From the IMG/VR virus record IMGVR_UViG_3300046453_000060, positions 2,207 through 66,206 of that record: a DNA stretch of 64,000 nucleotides. One strand, written 5' to 3'. The stretch comes from a virus. Its lineage: Duplodnaviria > Caudoviricetes. Shown one piece after another: positions 17,071 to 27,224 of the stretch. Position 1 is the stretch's first letter, and each line of letters opens with the position of its first letter. The notes beneath the pieces are model-generated. The model did no database searches and had not been told where the DNA came from. It saw only the letters and a list, made by a program, of their open reading frames with translations. A program made the position numbers and the translations under genes.

Positions 17071-17627
17071 AAGTACACCCGGCTACGATCAAGGAGTCGG
17101 CACAGGTACTGCTCGCTAGAGCTCGGGTAATACGCGCACTCAAGCTTGCCGAGGATGTACTGCTTAACCGCCGCTGGCACGCTCGCATCGTCCGGTCCGT
17201 AGCCGACGATGTACTGCACCTCGACCGCGTTAATTCGCGCCGCAGTTGCTGGCCAACCCTTTCCAGGCGCCGGCACGACGTACCCCGGTTCGCTCTTGGC
17301 GTCCACGAGGTAATCTTCCGGCGCCAGCGTCCGCAGAACACCGTCGACGTCGTAGTACTTCACCGACAGCACGTTCGCGACAGGTGATTTCGTAAGTTGG
17401 ATAGCGCCAGCGCCGCCGCGCTCCCCGGCCGGGAAGGCGTCCAGGGCCTCTTCCCACGTCTGATGAACGAAGGCGCGATTCGTCTCGTGCTCCGCGTCTT
17501 CGGTGAAGCCCTCGACCCTGCCCTTAATTTCGTCGTCGAGCCCCGTCCCGCTTGCCCGAGCCTGGCGCCGCGCAGCCTCCATCGACACCGCCAGCGCCGC
17601 CGGGGGAACGATCAGTCGTGTGCTCAT
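17067..17627 (-). CDS. Head-tail connector protein (gp6-like)
   Basis: PPAALAVS, QTW..ALDAFP, GYGPDDASVPAAVKQ. Confidence 0.88.
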   Translation of the reverse strand: MSTRLIVPPAALAVSMEAARRQARASGTGLDDEIKGRVEGFTEDAEHETNRAFVHQTWEEALDAFPAGERGGAGAIQLTKSPVANVLSVKYYDVDGVLRTLAPEDYLVDAKSEPGYVVPAPGKGWPATAARINAVEVQYIVGYGPDDASVPAAVKQYILGKLECAYYPSSSEQYLCRLLDRSRVYL

Positions 17628-19294
17628 CGGTTGTTCCTTTGCATTGCCGCTGGCCGTGACGAACTAGTCGCCGCCGGTCGGCTTTGGTATTCATGTCGTT
17701 GCGGCGTATAGCCGGATCCAGCTGGCGCTCGGGCATATTCGATCTGTGCGCTGTAATGCAGCTGAGCCGCGGCGCCCGTCAGATCGAATTCCCCGGCTTG
17801 AGCCGAGAGGCGGCGCGCGGCGCCAAACATGACCGCATTACCCTGCAGGGCGAGCGCACCAGTTGCCGCCGGCAGCCGCCGGCCATATACCAAGGCAGCC
17901 GATCCGCCCGCCAGCGCGAAGCCGCCCTGACCCGCGGTCAAGCGGCGCTGCACGCGCATTGCTACAGCCGATCCGGAGAGCCCGAACGATCCAGGTGCAG
18001 CCGTCAGCGCGTACTGCGCGGCCTCGTTCTGCCCGTGCGCCTGTTGGTACGTCAAGACCAGCGCTGCGCCGGCAAGGCCGAACACGCCAGGCGCTGCGGA
18101 CAGTCGCCGCGCAGCCCGGAGCGAGACGCCGTTGCCGGTCAGCGCGAAGCTTCCACCACCCGCCGTCACGCGGCGCCCAGCAAGAAGGCCTGCGGCACCG
18201 CTCGATAGCGCAAAGCCGCCCGCGCCGACAGAGAGGCGTCGAGCCGATGCCAGTCGAACATCCGCGCCTGCGAGCGAGAACTCGCCAGCGGCACCGAGAA
18301 GCCGCCGCGCCGTCGCCAGGCCCGCGGGCGCACCGGTCAGCGCGAAACCTCCGGCGGAGGCGGGAATCGATCGGGCGGCACGGAGCGAAATCGACGCACC
18401 TGCCAAGGCAAACGCGCCGCTCACCGCAGGCAACACTCGCCCTGCACGAAGCGAAACGGGCGCACCGTCCGACGCGAAGGCGCCCGATGCTGCCGACAGC
18501 TTCCGGCTCAACCGCAATGCTGCAGATGACCCGGCAAGCGAGAACGCCCCCGGATTGACCGCCAGGGTGTACGCCTTCGGCCCCGCAGCAGCTGCGGCAA
18601 GGAATATTTCGTCGTCCTCATAAGGATCGGCGAAGATCTGCCACGGATTTACCGAGAGGCTTTGCGCTTCTTCCTTTTGAACGCCGGCCATCAAGAAGCA
18701 CAGCGCGACATCGGCATCCCAAGCGCCGCCGGCAAACACGCCATCCTCAAAGGTGTACAGCTGAGCACCGCCATCCGATGCCGTCGATGCTGCGCCGCTT
18801 GCCACGAGCTGGCCGTCGACGAACATGAAAATGCCCGACTTGTTCGACGTGACGACGTAACGGTAGAACCTGCCGGCCGCTAGCGAAATGCTTGCGGTCA
18901 GATCCGAGCCATTGACGCGGGCGCGCAATAGCGTGGCCGACGACGGAAGGTACAGCGGGATCGTACTGGAGCTGGAGCGTGCGAACACGCCGGCACCACT
19001 GACAGCGCGGTAACGCAACACGCCACCGAAGGTGAAGTCGTTATTAACGATCCCCTTCTGGATCGTGAGGGCAGCCGCTGCGCCACTGTCCGTTAAAGAA
19101 TCGACGGAAAGGGCCAGGCCGACCGGGCACGCCGCAACCTTTTTGATCGCCGAAAACGAGGAACTTTCGGACAGCGATGCCGGGCCAATAGACGTATAGC
19201 CAGAGGGGCTTGCCACAAAGCCACCCTGGAGCCTGGCTCTCCAATTCTGCGAAAGGGTGGCGCGCCCTTGCGGCTGGTAGCGCGAGCCGGCCAT
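17624..19294 (-). CDS. Virion-associated protein: LamG/concanavalin-like N-domain plus 22-aa repeat stalk
   Basis: YVVTS...MFVDGQLVAS, QSLSVNPWQIF, then 12 repeats of about RRLxAxxGxFxLxGxxxxLxxx. Confidence 0.7.
   Translation of the reverse strand: MAGSRYQPQGRATLSQNWRARLQGGFVASPSGYTSIGPASLSESSSFSAIKKVAACPVGLALSVDSLTDSGAAAALTIQKGIVNNDFTFGGVLRYRAVSGAGVFARSSSSTIPLYLPSSATLLRARVNGSDLTASISLAAGRFYRYVVTSNKSGIFMFVDGQLVASGAASTASDGGAQLYTFEDGVFAGGAWDADVALCFLMAGVQKEEAQSLSVNPWQIFADPYEDDEIFLAAAAAGPKAYTLAVNPGAFSLAGSSAALRLSRKLSAASGAFASDGAPVSLRAGRVLPAVSGAFALAGASISLRAARSIPASAGGFALTGAPAGLATARRLLGAAGEFSLAGADVRLASARRLSVGAGGFALSSGAAGLLAGRRVTAGGGSFALTGNGVSLRAARRLSAAPGVFGLAGAALVLTYQQAHGQNEAAQYALTAAPGSFGLSGSAVAMRVQRRLTAGQGGFALAGGSAALVYGRRLPAATGALALQGNAVMFGAARRLSAQAGEFDLTGAAAQLHYSAQIEYARAPAGSGYTPQRHEYQSRPAATSSSRPAAMQRNNR
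17750..18571 (-). repeat. Degenerate 66-bp (22-aa) coding tandem repeat, 8+4 copies
   Basis: Counted in the translation; a 10-aa spacer QAHGQNEAAQ separates the two blocks. Confidence 0.85.
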
Positions 19295-19744
19295 TTAAGC
19301 GACCTTGCGAGTGCGCGGCTTAACGGTCAGCTTCCAGCCGGCCGACAGGCTTTGGCCGGTACCGTTGTTGTGAATGTAGTACTCGGCCAGCTTCGGCAGA
19401 TCGGTCGCGAAGATGCCGTTCAGCGGGATCACCTGCGGCGTCGTCACGTTGTTCACAGTGAACGTGCCGATGAAGACGGTCGCCCGGGTAGTCTCAGGCA
19501 CCTCGGCGTCGAGCGTGCCGTCGATGTCTAGCGGGCGCGCGTACAGCACTAGGGAAGAGTTTTCGGCCGGCGCCACAGCGAATGAGCCGGTCAGCACAAA
19601 TTCCGCGTTCGGATACGACAGGCCATCATTAAACACATCGTAGGTAGCATCGTCTGCCTGGGCCAGAGCATTGTTTGCGATGGCTGCGCCGTTCGCTTCC
19701 AGGGTTTTCAGCGTACCCCACACGACAACGATTTCGCCGCTCAC
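19295..19744 (-). CDS. Hypothetical beta-rich structural protein
   Basis: Coupled ORF in the head operon. Confidence 0.7.
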   Translation of the reverse strand: MSGEIVVVWGTLKTLEANGAAIANNALAQADDATYDVFNDGLSYPNAEFVLTGSFAVAPAENSSLVLYARPLDIDGTLDAEVPETTRATVFIGTFTVNNVTTPQVIPLNGIFATDLPKLAEYYIHNNGTGQSLSAGWKLTVKPRTRKVA

Positions 19745-20199
19745 AATGTCATCCTTCCTTCTGCTTTGTTGAGCGCATCGCTTACGCGGTTGACGCCGAC
19801 CGGATCACGAACCACGCCGACCAGAAGCAGCTTGTCGATGTCGCCGGCGTACTCCGGCAGTTTCCCCTTCAGCGCAATCAGGGAGGTAACGGCGGCCGGA
19901 ACGCTCAGGTCGAGCGAGCCGCGGCGCACCGGGTCCATGCCCCAGTAGACAGTCCTGTCTTCGGCGCCAAGCTCCTGCACGGCATCGAGAAACTTCCCGC
20001 CGCGCGGATCGCCCATCACGGCAATTACGGTGCCAGGCCCGATTTGCGTCGGCCCATGCACGGTGCGGCCCGCCGACAGGATTGCCTCGATTGCCACGTC
20101 GTTGCGGATGCCCAGGTGCTGCTCGATTTGGGCAATCTCGCCTGGCAGAAGCGCGCGGCCAACCAGTCCTTCGAGGGCTGCTTGCTGTTCTGGCGCCAT
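19741..20199 (-). CDS. Hypothetical phage protein
   Basis: Coupled ORF in the head operon. Confidence 0.7.
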   Translation of the reverse strand: MAPEQQAALEGLVGRALLPGEIAQIEQHLGIRNDVAIEAILSAGRTVHGPTQIGPGTVIAVMGDPRGGKFLDAVQELGAEDRTVYWGMDPVRRGSLDLSVPAAVTSLIALKGKLPEYAGDIDKLLLVGVVRDPVGVNRVSDALNKAEGRMTL

Positions 20200-20201
20200 A
20201 A

Positions 20202-20621
20202 TCAGGACAGGGTGAAGACGCCGGCGGCGCCGTCGAAGTCAATCGTCAGCGTCTCGCCGTCGTTGAGGGTGATGCTCGAGCCGTAGTCGTAGAAGCAGAC
20301 CAGGTTCTTGCTTGCCGCCGTGTCGTTGTAGACGGCGACGAAACGGAACGGGCCGACCGCGCCGCCGGCAGCGGCAATCACCTCGTCAGCGATCATGACC
20401 TTGGCAACACCCGCGGTTTCGGTCAACACGACCGCGTCGAGCGTGTAACCGCCGGCAGCGTAGCCGCCACCATTTGCGATCTGCGCGATGTCGGACAGGA
20501 CCGTGTTGCCCACCGCCGGCGCCGCGTTCGTCAGCGCAGCCTTGAACGTATGCGCACCGAAGTTGTGCACGCCGCGCAGCACCTGCTCGGCAAAATCTTG
20601 GAACTTGGTGAATGCGGCCAT
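20202..20621 (-). CDS. Conserved phage structural protein (fibre-base-like)
   Basis: TFKAALTN, GGYAAGG, FRFVAVYNDT, YDYGSSITLNDGET. Confidence 0.75.
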   Translation of the reverse strand: MAAFTKFQDFAEQVLRGVHNFGAHTFKAALTNAAPAVGNTVLSDIAQIANGGGYAAGGYTLDAVVLTETAGVAKVMIADEVIAAAGGAVGPFRFVAVYNDTAASKNLVCFYDYGSSITLNDGETLTIDFDGAAGVFTLS

Positions 20622-20630
20622 TGGGCACCT

Positions 20631-20810
20631 TTATTTTTCAGCGAGACGGCCAGCGATTAACGCCAGCAGCTCGACGTCGGTCTTACCGACTATGTCTTCA
20701 GGGGTAATCGCCACTGATCCGGATTTACCGACAATCGTGACGATAAGAGCGCCCGGAGCCGCTGCCTCGGCGCGCACGTTGGCGAGCCAGGCGGCGGTTT
20801 CGGGGCTCAT
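20631..20810 (-). CDS. Small hypothetical protein (59 aa)
   Basis: Fills the gap in the operon; ATG at 20810. Confidence 0.5.
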   Translation of the reverse strand: MSPETAAWLANVRAEAAAPGALIVTIVGKSGSVAITPEDIVGKTDVELLALIAGRLAEK

Positions 20811-20814
20811 GGGG

Positions 20815-21087
20815 TTACTGCGCTTTTGGCTTGCGGCCCGGCTTTGGCGCCGAAGGGGTTTCGGTAGCATCCGCGGCAGAGACTTCGGCCTCGTCCGCGA
20901 CGGCGCCCTGGTCGACGGCGACCTTGATCGCCCCCACTTCCTCGGCAAGGCCGGCACCGACGAACGCTTCGGCGAGGTCACGAGCGCCTGCAGTCGCCGT
21001 CAGGTCGTACTCTTCGCCGGCTTTGTACGTCGCAGTACTGATTCCGTCCACCGAGCCATCGGCGGTTTCTTTCATCACGATTTTCAT
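20815..21087 (-). CDS. Small head-associated protein
   Basis: YKAGEEYDL...AEAFVGAGLAE motif common in genes after the capsid gene; basic tail. Confidence 0.7.
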   Translation of the reverse strand: MKIVMKETADGSVDGISTATYKAGEEYDLTATAGARDLAEAFVGAGLAEEVGAIKVAVDQGAVADEAEVSAADATETPSAPKPGRKPKAQ

Positions 21088-21145
21088 TCGGTGCGCCCAT
21101 GAAAAAGGGTGGCATCAGCCACCCTTAGGGTGATCACTTGGCCGA

Positions 21146-21574
21146 TCAGGCCGGCGGATTCGCGGTCGGCGCGATACTCGGGTGGCCGAGCACCCACACG
21201 CCAGCGACGAAGATGTTGCCGGCGTCGTTGCCGCTCGGCGTGACGGTGACACGGACATAGCGCTTGGAGCCGACGTAGCCGATCTTCCGGGCCACGTTGT
21301 CGTCGGCGAAGGTGAAGCCGGCCAGCACTTCGGTGCCGAGCAGCTCGGCGTCGGCGACCGCCGCAGCGTCGGACAGGTTGGCGGTGTCGCCGTCTTCGAC
21401 CAGGACGGCGAAAGTGGTGTTCGTATCGGTGTTCGTGCCCGTCACGAGCACGAATTCGCACGACGAGAAGCCTTGGATATCGACGATGGTCGAGACAATC
21501 GGCGTGTTGTCGGTGCGTGCCGCAGCGGGCACGATGCCCGGCAGCGGATGGATATTGTTATGCAGGTCTTTCAT
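21146..21574 (-). CDS. Capsid decoration-like protein
   Basis: Directly after the capsid gene; IVDIQGF, IGYVGSKRYVR. Confidence 0.75.
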   Translation of the reverse strand: MKDLHNNIHPLPGIVPAAARTDNTPIVSTIVDIQGFSSCEFVLVTGTNTDTNTTFAVLVEDGDTANLSDAAAVADAELLGTEVLAGFTFADDNVARKIGYVGSKRYVRVTVTPSGNDAGNIFVAGVWVLGHPSIAPTANPPA

Positions 21575-21625
21575 GTAATCCTCGCTGGAACGCCCGCCGA
21601 AGCGGGCTTTGGTTTACTTGCCCGA

Positions 21626-22984
21626 TCAGGCGCCGACTTTCATCAGCTTGATGGCTTCGAAGTTGGTCACGTCGCCGCCGACGCGCTTGCGCGAGTAGAA
21701 CTCGACGAACGGCTTCGAGCTGTACGGGTCGCGCAGCACCGAGATGCCCAGACGATCGACGATGGTGTAGCCCTGTTTGAAGTTGCCGAAGGCGACAGCC
21801 AGCGCATTCGCTGCAATGGTCGGCATGTCTGCCGCGTGGCGGACGCCGTAGCCCAGCAGGGTGCTCGGCTTGCCGGCTTCGAGCGACGGGCGCCACAGGT
21901 ATTGGCCGTTCAGGTCCTTCAGCAGCATCACGGCGACTTCGGTCGCGCGGCGCATCAGCCACATGGCGCCCGGGTGGTACGGCTCTTTCAGCGAACCGGT
22001 CATCTTGATCAGGCTGTCGAAGCTGATGTCGGTTGCGGCGCCCGAGGTCAGTTGCTCGATCTTGCCGCGGCCGGTGCCGGCGCCGTAGGTCAGGATGCCG
22101 CGCGACTTCTTGACGCCGTCGCCAGCGAAGAACGAAGTGGCCTCGACGCGGCCGAATTTCTCACCCACCTTGCGCTCGAGCCAGGCGCCGACATCGACCG
22201 AGCCGTCTTCCAGCATCTTTTGCGTCGCCTTCGGCTTGGCGTAGATCTCGTGCACCGGGATGCGCTGCACACCGGTTTGCGGCGTGCCGGTTTCGCTGCG
22301 CTGCTGGACTTCGCCCACCCAGCCGGCGTCGGCTTCGCTGTCGTCGATCGGCAGCTCCAGGGCGTCGGTGCTGATCGTCTCTACGGTGGCGAGTTCGCGC
22401 ATCGGCGAGGACTCGTACACGACAGTCAGGATGCGGCCGGAGCGCGACGGCGTCACGAAATAGCCGCCATCCGGATCCGAGCCGACCATCATCGACTTGG
22501 CATCGACCGAGCCTTCGCCGCGGCGGGCGTAGATGTCGAACTGCTCGGCGTAGCGCTTGTATTCGTCGACATTGACATCTTCCGGACGAATGATCGTGTC
22601 AGCCTTCAGCTGGCCGAGTGCAGCCATGCGGGTCTTCTGGTGCTGCATCGCGGCGTCGACGAGCTTTTGCTCCACGCCTGATGCGCCGCCCAGGCCCTGG
22701 CGGTTAGCCTTCGCCTGGAACTCATCGAACTGCTTCTGCATCGCGTCCTGCTTGGCCAGAATCGATTCCTTCAGTGCGTCGATCTGCGACTGAGCGAGAG
22801 GGTCGCCTGCGCCTTTCGATTCGGCTAGCTTGCGCACGGTTTCCAGGTCGCGCTGCAGGCTTTCTTGGATATTCTTCATGTTGCCGCCCAGGCTTTTCAC
22901 TTCCTGGGCGATTTGGGTCAGGATCGCCGGGTCTTCGCCGGCGCCTTTGCGCTCCAGACCGCGGGTCATGGTCATTTGATTCAT
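21626..22984 (-). CDS. Major capsid protein (HK97 fold)
   Basis: N-terminal coiled delta domain; DGGYFVTP, AGWVGE, FGNFKQGYTIVDRLG, KRVGGDV. Confidence 0.96.
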   Translation of the reverse strand: MNQMTMTRGLERKGAGEDPAILTQIAQEVKSLGGNMKNIQESLQRDLETVRKLAESKGAGDPLAQSQIDALKESILAKQDAMQKQFDEFQAKANRQGLGGASGVEQKLVDAAMQHQKTRMAALGQLKADTIIRPEDVNVDEYKRYAEQFDIYARRGEGSVDAKSMMVGSDPDGGYFVTPSRSGRILTVVYESSPMRELATVETISTDALELPIDDSEADAGWVGEVQQRSETGTPQTGVQRIPVHEIYAKPKATQKMLEDGSVDVGAWLERKVGEKFGRVEATSFFAGDGVKKSRGILTYGAGTGRGKIEQLTSGAATDISFDSLIKMTGSLKEPYHPGAMWLMRRATEVAVMLLKDLNGQYLWRPSLEAGKPSTLLGYGVRHAADMPTIAANALAVAFGNFKQGYTIVDRLGISVLRDPYSSKPFVEFYSRKRVGGDVTNFEAIKLMKVGA

Positions 22985-23670
22985 TTTGCTGTTCCTTGTT
23001 TGAGATTGTCGAGTTGCTGGTTGGCGGCTTTCAGGTCGCCCAGCAGGTCGTGCAAACCCAATCCAGCGTCCCGCTTGGTCTTGAGTGCTTTGAACCCATC
23101 GTTGATGATCACGATGGCCTGTGAGCGGCTAAACCCAGCGTCCCGCGTGAGTAGCTGCTCGAATTCGCGCTCGGTGAGGCTGTCGCCCTTCACCGCATCG
23201 ACGCCCGCCTCCGGATTCATCGCGAAGGTCACCAGGCTGCACTCCCACAGATCGACGTCGATCAGGGTGCGCACATAGGTTTCGGTGTCGTATTCGTACT
23301 TGTTCGTCTTGTAGCCGATCGACAGGCCGCCGATCGCGCCCATCTGGAGCAGTTCGTAGGCTTCGGCGCCCTTGACGGTCTTGAGTGCGAGCTTGCCCTC
23401 GACGTAGAGGCCCTTCTCGTCCTCGTACATGTCGGTGTAAATGCCGATCGGCTGCCACGGGTCATGCTGCCAGAGCAGTTTTGGCATCGTTTTCGCCGCC
23501 TTGTGCTCGGCTAGCGTGCGCTCGAACGCGCCTTTTTGAATGATGTCGAGGCCCAGGTCGACATTCCCGAAGACGGCCCCATATCCGGAGAAAGTGCCGT
23601 CTTCCGAGAGCGATTTGAGCTCGAACGGGCGGGCCAGCTGTTTGGTCGCCGGCGCGTTCTTGAATTTCAT
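22981..23670 (-). CDS. HK97 prohead protease
   Basis: FSGYGAVF, LLWQHD, GLSIGY, ECSLVTFAMN. Confidence 0.95.
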   Translation of the reverse strand: MKFKNAPATKQLARPFELKSLSEDGTFSGYGAVFGNVDLGLDIIQKGAFERTLAEHKAAKTMPKLLWQHDPWQPIGIYTDMYEDEKGLYVEGKLALKTVKGAEAYELLQMGAIGGLSIGYKTNKYEYDTETYVRTLIDVDLWECSLVTFAMNPEAGVDAVKGDSLTEREFEQLLTRDAGFSRSQAIVIINDGFKALKTKRDAGLGLHDLLGDLKAANQQLDNLKQGTAK

Positions 23671-23691
23671 GGTTTTCCTTCGCTGGAAAAT

Positions 23692-23717
23692 AAAAAAGCC
23701 ACCCTTGCGTGGGTGGC
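23692..23717 (-). terminator. Terminator-like hairpin between portal and protease genes
   Basis: Minus strand gccaccc...gggtggc followed by tttttt. Confidence 0.55.
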
Positions 23718-23747
23718 CTTATCGGTTCTGCGACATGCGGCTACGTG

Positions 23748-24974
23748 TTATTCGACGGCGGCTGCGACTGGCTTGGTTTTGGCTGGATCGCCCACGATAT
23801 TTGCGGGAACACGAAGACGATTGCTTGCAGGGTCGTCGTCAGGATTTCGGTCGAGTAGTGCGCGGCCTTCGTTCGGCGTCAGTATCCCGCCATTGACATA
23901 GCCGAGGATGACATCTTTCGTGCCCGTTGCCGAACCGCGCAGCATCCCCTCCTCGGTGAAGTTGCAGTAATAGCCCTGCTCCTGCTCCCGATCCGACAGC
24001 AGATTGATGACGGCGGACTGCTCGAACGCTTCCCAGCGTGGCGCCAGGCAGTCTTCGCGGTGCGCTCGGTTCATTTCTTCCGCGCTGGCGAAGGTCGCAG
24101 TCTTATCCGAGTAGCCGACTTTGATCGGCAAAACGCCGAAAAACGAACAGATCTGCTCGATCTGCAGCTTGCGGGTCTCGTTCGACTGCGCGTCCACGCT
24201 GCTCATCGACGTGTTGAGGAACTTGGCGTTCCGATCGAGGATCATCGCCTTGCCGGCGTTCTGGAGTCCTGCAAACTGCTTGTTGACCCACTCAGCCAGG
24301 TCGTCGTGCTGCTTCTTATCGAGCGTCCCCTCAACCGAGTAGACGCCAGTATTGAGGATGCCGTTTTTGTGGAGCCGTGCGACCGCCTCTTCCGTCGCCA
24401 TCGCAAGCCCAATTGCCTCGCGAGCGAGCTTGACCACCTCCAGGCCAGACACGCCATCTAGCGTGGGGCCGCGCAAGTGCCAGACCTGATCCTGCGTGAA
24501 CGTGCGCATCGTCCCGTCATAGCCGACGACGCTGTATTTCAGCGTCAAGTCCATCTCGCGGCGAGTCGTAACCATGCCGGGGGCGAACGGGATCAGCTCC
24601 AAGATCTTCCCGGTCACGCCTCGATTTATAAATACGTAGGCGTTACCGCACAACTCAATGTGCCACGCCAGCATTTGCCGGAATTCGAAGCTTGTCTGCC
24701 AATTGTTCGGCTTGAGCGCTAGGAGCTTGTACAGCGGATGGCTTTTGGCCGGCAGTCGCTTTCCGTTCGCATCCTGCATCAGCTTGAACGGCACCTGGGC
24801 CATGCCGTTGCCGATCACGCGGCAGCAGGCAAACACCGTAGCAACCTGAATGGCGGTCTTGAGGTTTACCGCCCGCCCGGTTGCGGATGTGAGCCAGCCA
24901 GCCATCTCATGCCAGAACGGCTCGTTAAACGGCCCCTCGGCTTGGCTTTTTCTGGACGGAGCGAAAAGCGACAT
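23748..24974 (-). CDS. Portal protein (HK97 family)
   Basis: VFACCRVI, PNNWQTSFEF, GNAY, LTPNEGRA. Confidence 0.95.
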   Translation of the reverse strand: MSLFAPSRKSQAEGPFNEPFWHEMAGWLTSATGRAVNLKTAIQVATVFACCRVIGNGMAQVPFKLMQDANGKRLPAKSHPLYKLLALKPNNWQTSFEFRQMLAWHIELCGNAYVFINRGVTGKILELIPFAPGMVTTRREMDLTLKYSVVGYDGTMRTFTQDQVWHLRGPTLDGVSGLEVVKLAREAIGLAMATEEAVARLHKNGILNTGVYSVEGTLDKKQHDDLAEWVNKQFAGLQNAGKAMILDRNAKFLNTSMSSVDAQSNETRKLQIEQICSFFGVLPIKVGYSDKTATFASAEEMNRAHREDCLAPRWEAFEQSAVINLLSDREQEQGYYCNFTEEGMLRGSATGTKDVILGYVNGGILTPNEGRALLDRNPDDDPASNRLRVPANIVGDPAKTKPVAAAVE

Positions 24975-25135
24975 TACTCAGCCACCTTTCGCGCGATTTG
25001 CACGCCCCCGGCAATCATCAGGAGACCAGCGACGATGAAGCCGACAGCCGGATGCAGTAGACCCGCGCCATAGGACAGCGCCCCGGCGCCGCTGACGATA
25101 AGGGCGTCGGGAACCATCGCGATCAGTTTTTTCAT
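24974..25135 (-). CDS. Small membrane protein between terminase and portal (53 aa)
   Basis: MKKLIAMVPDALIVSGAGALSYGAGLLHPAVGFIVAGLL...; coupled at both ends; below the ORF-track cutoff. Confidence 0.7.
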   Translation of the reverse strand: MKKLIAMVPDALIVSGAGALSYGAGLLHPAVGFIVAGLLMIAGGVQIARKVAE

Positions 25136-26817
25136 CAGGATTCCCAAAATGATGTTGCAGCGAACGCGCCGCTAATCGCGCGAGCCACGCCCATGATCGA
25201 AGCAACGATGCCGTCGATCTTCTGTTCAGGCTTCTCTTTGCGCGGGTAGATATTGTCTTTGGCGTCCAGCTTCGCGACCACGTTCGACGCCATCCATGTG
25301 AGCACCGGGTTGCCGTCGTGGTGGACGCGGCCAGCCTTGATCGCGCTCTCGAATTCCTTCATCGGGAGCGACAAGTTTTTTACGGTTTGACCCAGCTCGA
25401 CCGCGGTGATACCGTTCTTGGTCAGTCGCTGCTCCAGCTGCGCGGCGCGGTATGGGTCAAATACAACCTCTTCCGGGCCGTACTCGGCGATCAGGTCAAG
25501 CGTGTCCTGCTCGATCAGATCGAAGTCAATCTCGGCGCCGTCGTGCTGCTCCAGGAAGCCCTCGATAACCCACTTTCGATACGCGCCCGAATTCTTCGGG
25601 TCGTTCTCGATCGCATACTCGGGCAGGTAATACTTGCCGAAGAGGTAAAAGTGCTGCTTCCCCTCGATTTCCCTCACGAACATCAGCATGATCACGCAGA
25701 CGTCCGAGCGGTGAGCGAGGTCAAGCGTCACATAGCATCGCTCACCCTTGAAGTGCTCTGGCCGCAGCTTGTAGTCCGCGCACTTATTCCACTCCAACAG
25801 GTTCAGCCAGGCCGATTTCGCCGAGCACCAAATGTTCAGGTGCTTCGTCTTGAAACGCGTCTGCTTGGATGCGCTCTGCACCGCGCCGCGCTGCTGGGCT
25901 AGCAGGAAGTCTTCATCGACCGAGATGCCAAAGTTTGGATTGGCCTTGCGCAGCGCTTCCGGCCTGGTCCAGTCGTCACCCTCGTCGATCGTGTAGATCA
26001 GGGCGAACAGCTCGGGATCGTCAAGGACGCCCTCAAGCACCTTCTTGGCGTCGACCTCCTGGTCGTAGCACGGGCCGGCAATGTTGAAGCCGGCCGTCGT
26101 GATCATGAGCAGCAGCGGCTGTTCGCGCGCGCCCATACCGGTCTCCATCGTGTCGACCAGTTCAGACGTATCGTGCTCGTGGTATTCGTCCACGATCGCG
26201 CAGGACGGCGAGGCGCCGTCGCCCGGCTTGCCGATCACCGGTTCGAAGCGTGAGCCATCAGCTGGGACTAGCAGTGCCTTGGCCCAGACCTCGGCGCCCA
26301 GCGCCTGCTGCAGATCGGGCGTGCGCTCGAGCATCTGCTTGGCCGGCCGAAACACCTCCCAGGCCTGCGCCTCGGTGGTCGCGCCCGAGTAGACCTCGGC
26401 GCCGAACTCGCCGTCGACCGAGAACATGTACAGGCCGATGCCGGAACCGATGATCGACTTGCCGTTCTTTCGCGGCACGGCGAAATAAGCCTTGCGGTAC
26501 CGGCGCCGGTCGTTTTTCTTGATCTTCCAGCCGAACAGCGAAACGAACGCGAAGCACTGCCACGGCTCCAGCGTGATCGTCTCGCGCTTCCGCGCCCACT
26601 TGCCTTTTGTGTGGGGCATCAGCGACAGGAACGTGCAGACCTTGTTGGCCGCATCCTCGTCGAAGTAATACGGGAACGCCTTGCGGCGGCTAGCCTTCAG
26701 GTCGTCCAGGTGCTTCTTGCACGCCAGCTTGACCCACTTGCAAGCGACGATTTTTCCTTTGACGACTGCCTGCGCGTACTCCTGTGCCTTGCCGACGAAA
26801 TCGGCCGGCATAGTCAA
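25135..26817 (-). CDS. Terminase large subunit
   Basis: LEPWQ, VPRKNGKS (Walker A), IVDEYHEH (Walker B), KIDGIVA. Confidence 0.97.
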   Translation of the reverse strand: MTMPADFVGKAQEYAQAVVKGKIVACKWVKLACKKHLDDLKASRRKAFPYYFDEDAANKVCTFLSLMPHTKGKWARKRETITLEPWQCFAFVSLFGWKIKKNDRRRYRKAYFAVPRKNGKSIIGSGIGLYMFSVDGEFGAEVYSGATTEAQAWEVFRPAKQMLERTPDLQQALGAEVWAKALLVPADGSRFEPVIGKPGDGASPSCAIVDEYHEHDTSELVDTMETGMGAREQPLLLMITTAGFNIAGPCYDQEVDAKKVLEGVLDDPELFALIYTIDEGDDWTRPEALRKANPNFGISVDEDFLLAQQRGAVQSASKQTRFKTKHLNIWCSAKSAWLNLLEWNKCADYKLRPEHFKGERCYVTLDLAHRSDVCVIMLMFVREIEGKQHFYLFGKYYLPEYAIENDPKNSGAYRKWVIEGFLEQHDGAEIDFDLIEQDTLDLIAEYGPEEVVFDPYRAAQLEQRLTKNGITAVELGQTVKNLSLPMKEFESAIKAGRVHHDGNPVLTWMASNVVAKLDAKDNIYPRKEKPEQKIDGIVASIMGVARAISGAFAATSFWES

Positions 26818-27218
26818 TGTGCCTTTTTAGATCCGCCCATCATGTCGGCGAACGGGTTCGAGGGAGTTTGCTTCTTCACGGAGACGCGAGAGCGATCGGC
26901 CGGCGTCATGCCGAGCACCGCCAGCGCCGTGCGGATTTGCGCGACCTGAGCGGATGTAACCTCAGCATCATCCGCCTTCCGGAACTGCGCGATCAATCGC
27001 GCCGCCAGCTCGACCGCCATTCGGTCAGTCGCTTGCAAGACGGATGCTGGCAGGACGCTGACGATTTCATTCCACACCGCCTTTTGGTGCGCCTTGAAAT
27101 ATTTCGGCGGCTCGACATCGAACTCGCCCGCCTCAAAATCTTCGCGGCGTCGGCCGGGATCCTTGTCGAACGCACCCCGAGCCTCCAGCACCGCCGAAGG
27201 GGTTCGGGGTTTGGCCAT
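26814..27218 (-). CDS. Terminase small subunit
   Basis: KPRTPSAV...RG, LGMTPADRSRV (P27-type). Confidence 0.88.
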   Translation of the reverse strand: MAKPRTPSAVLEARGAFDKDPGRRREDFEAGEFDVEPPKYFKAHQKAVWNEIVSVLPASVLQATDRMAVELAARLIAQFRKADDAEVTSAQVAQIRTALAVLGMTPADRSRVSVKKQTPSNPFADMMGGSKKAH

Positions 27219-27224
27219 CCTTGC

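Noticed and set aside
14339-22681. Long plus-strand ORFs 14339-15835 and 21182-22681
   Set aside because: Antisense to the tail tube and capsid genes; codon-bias artefacts
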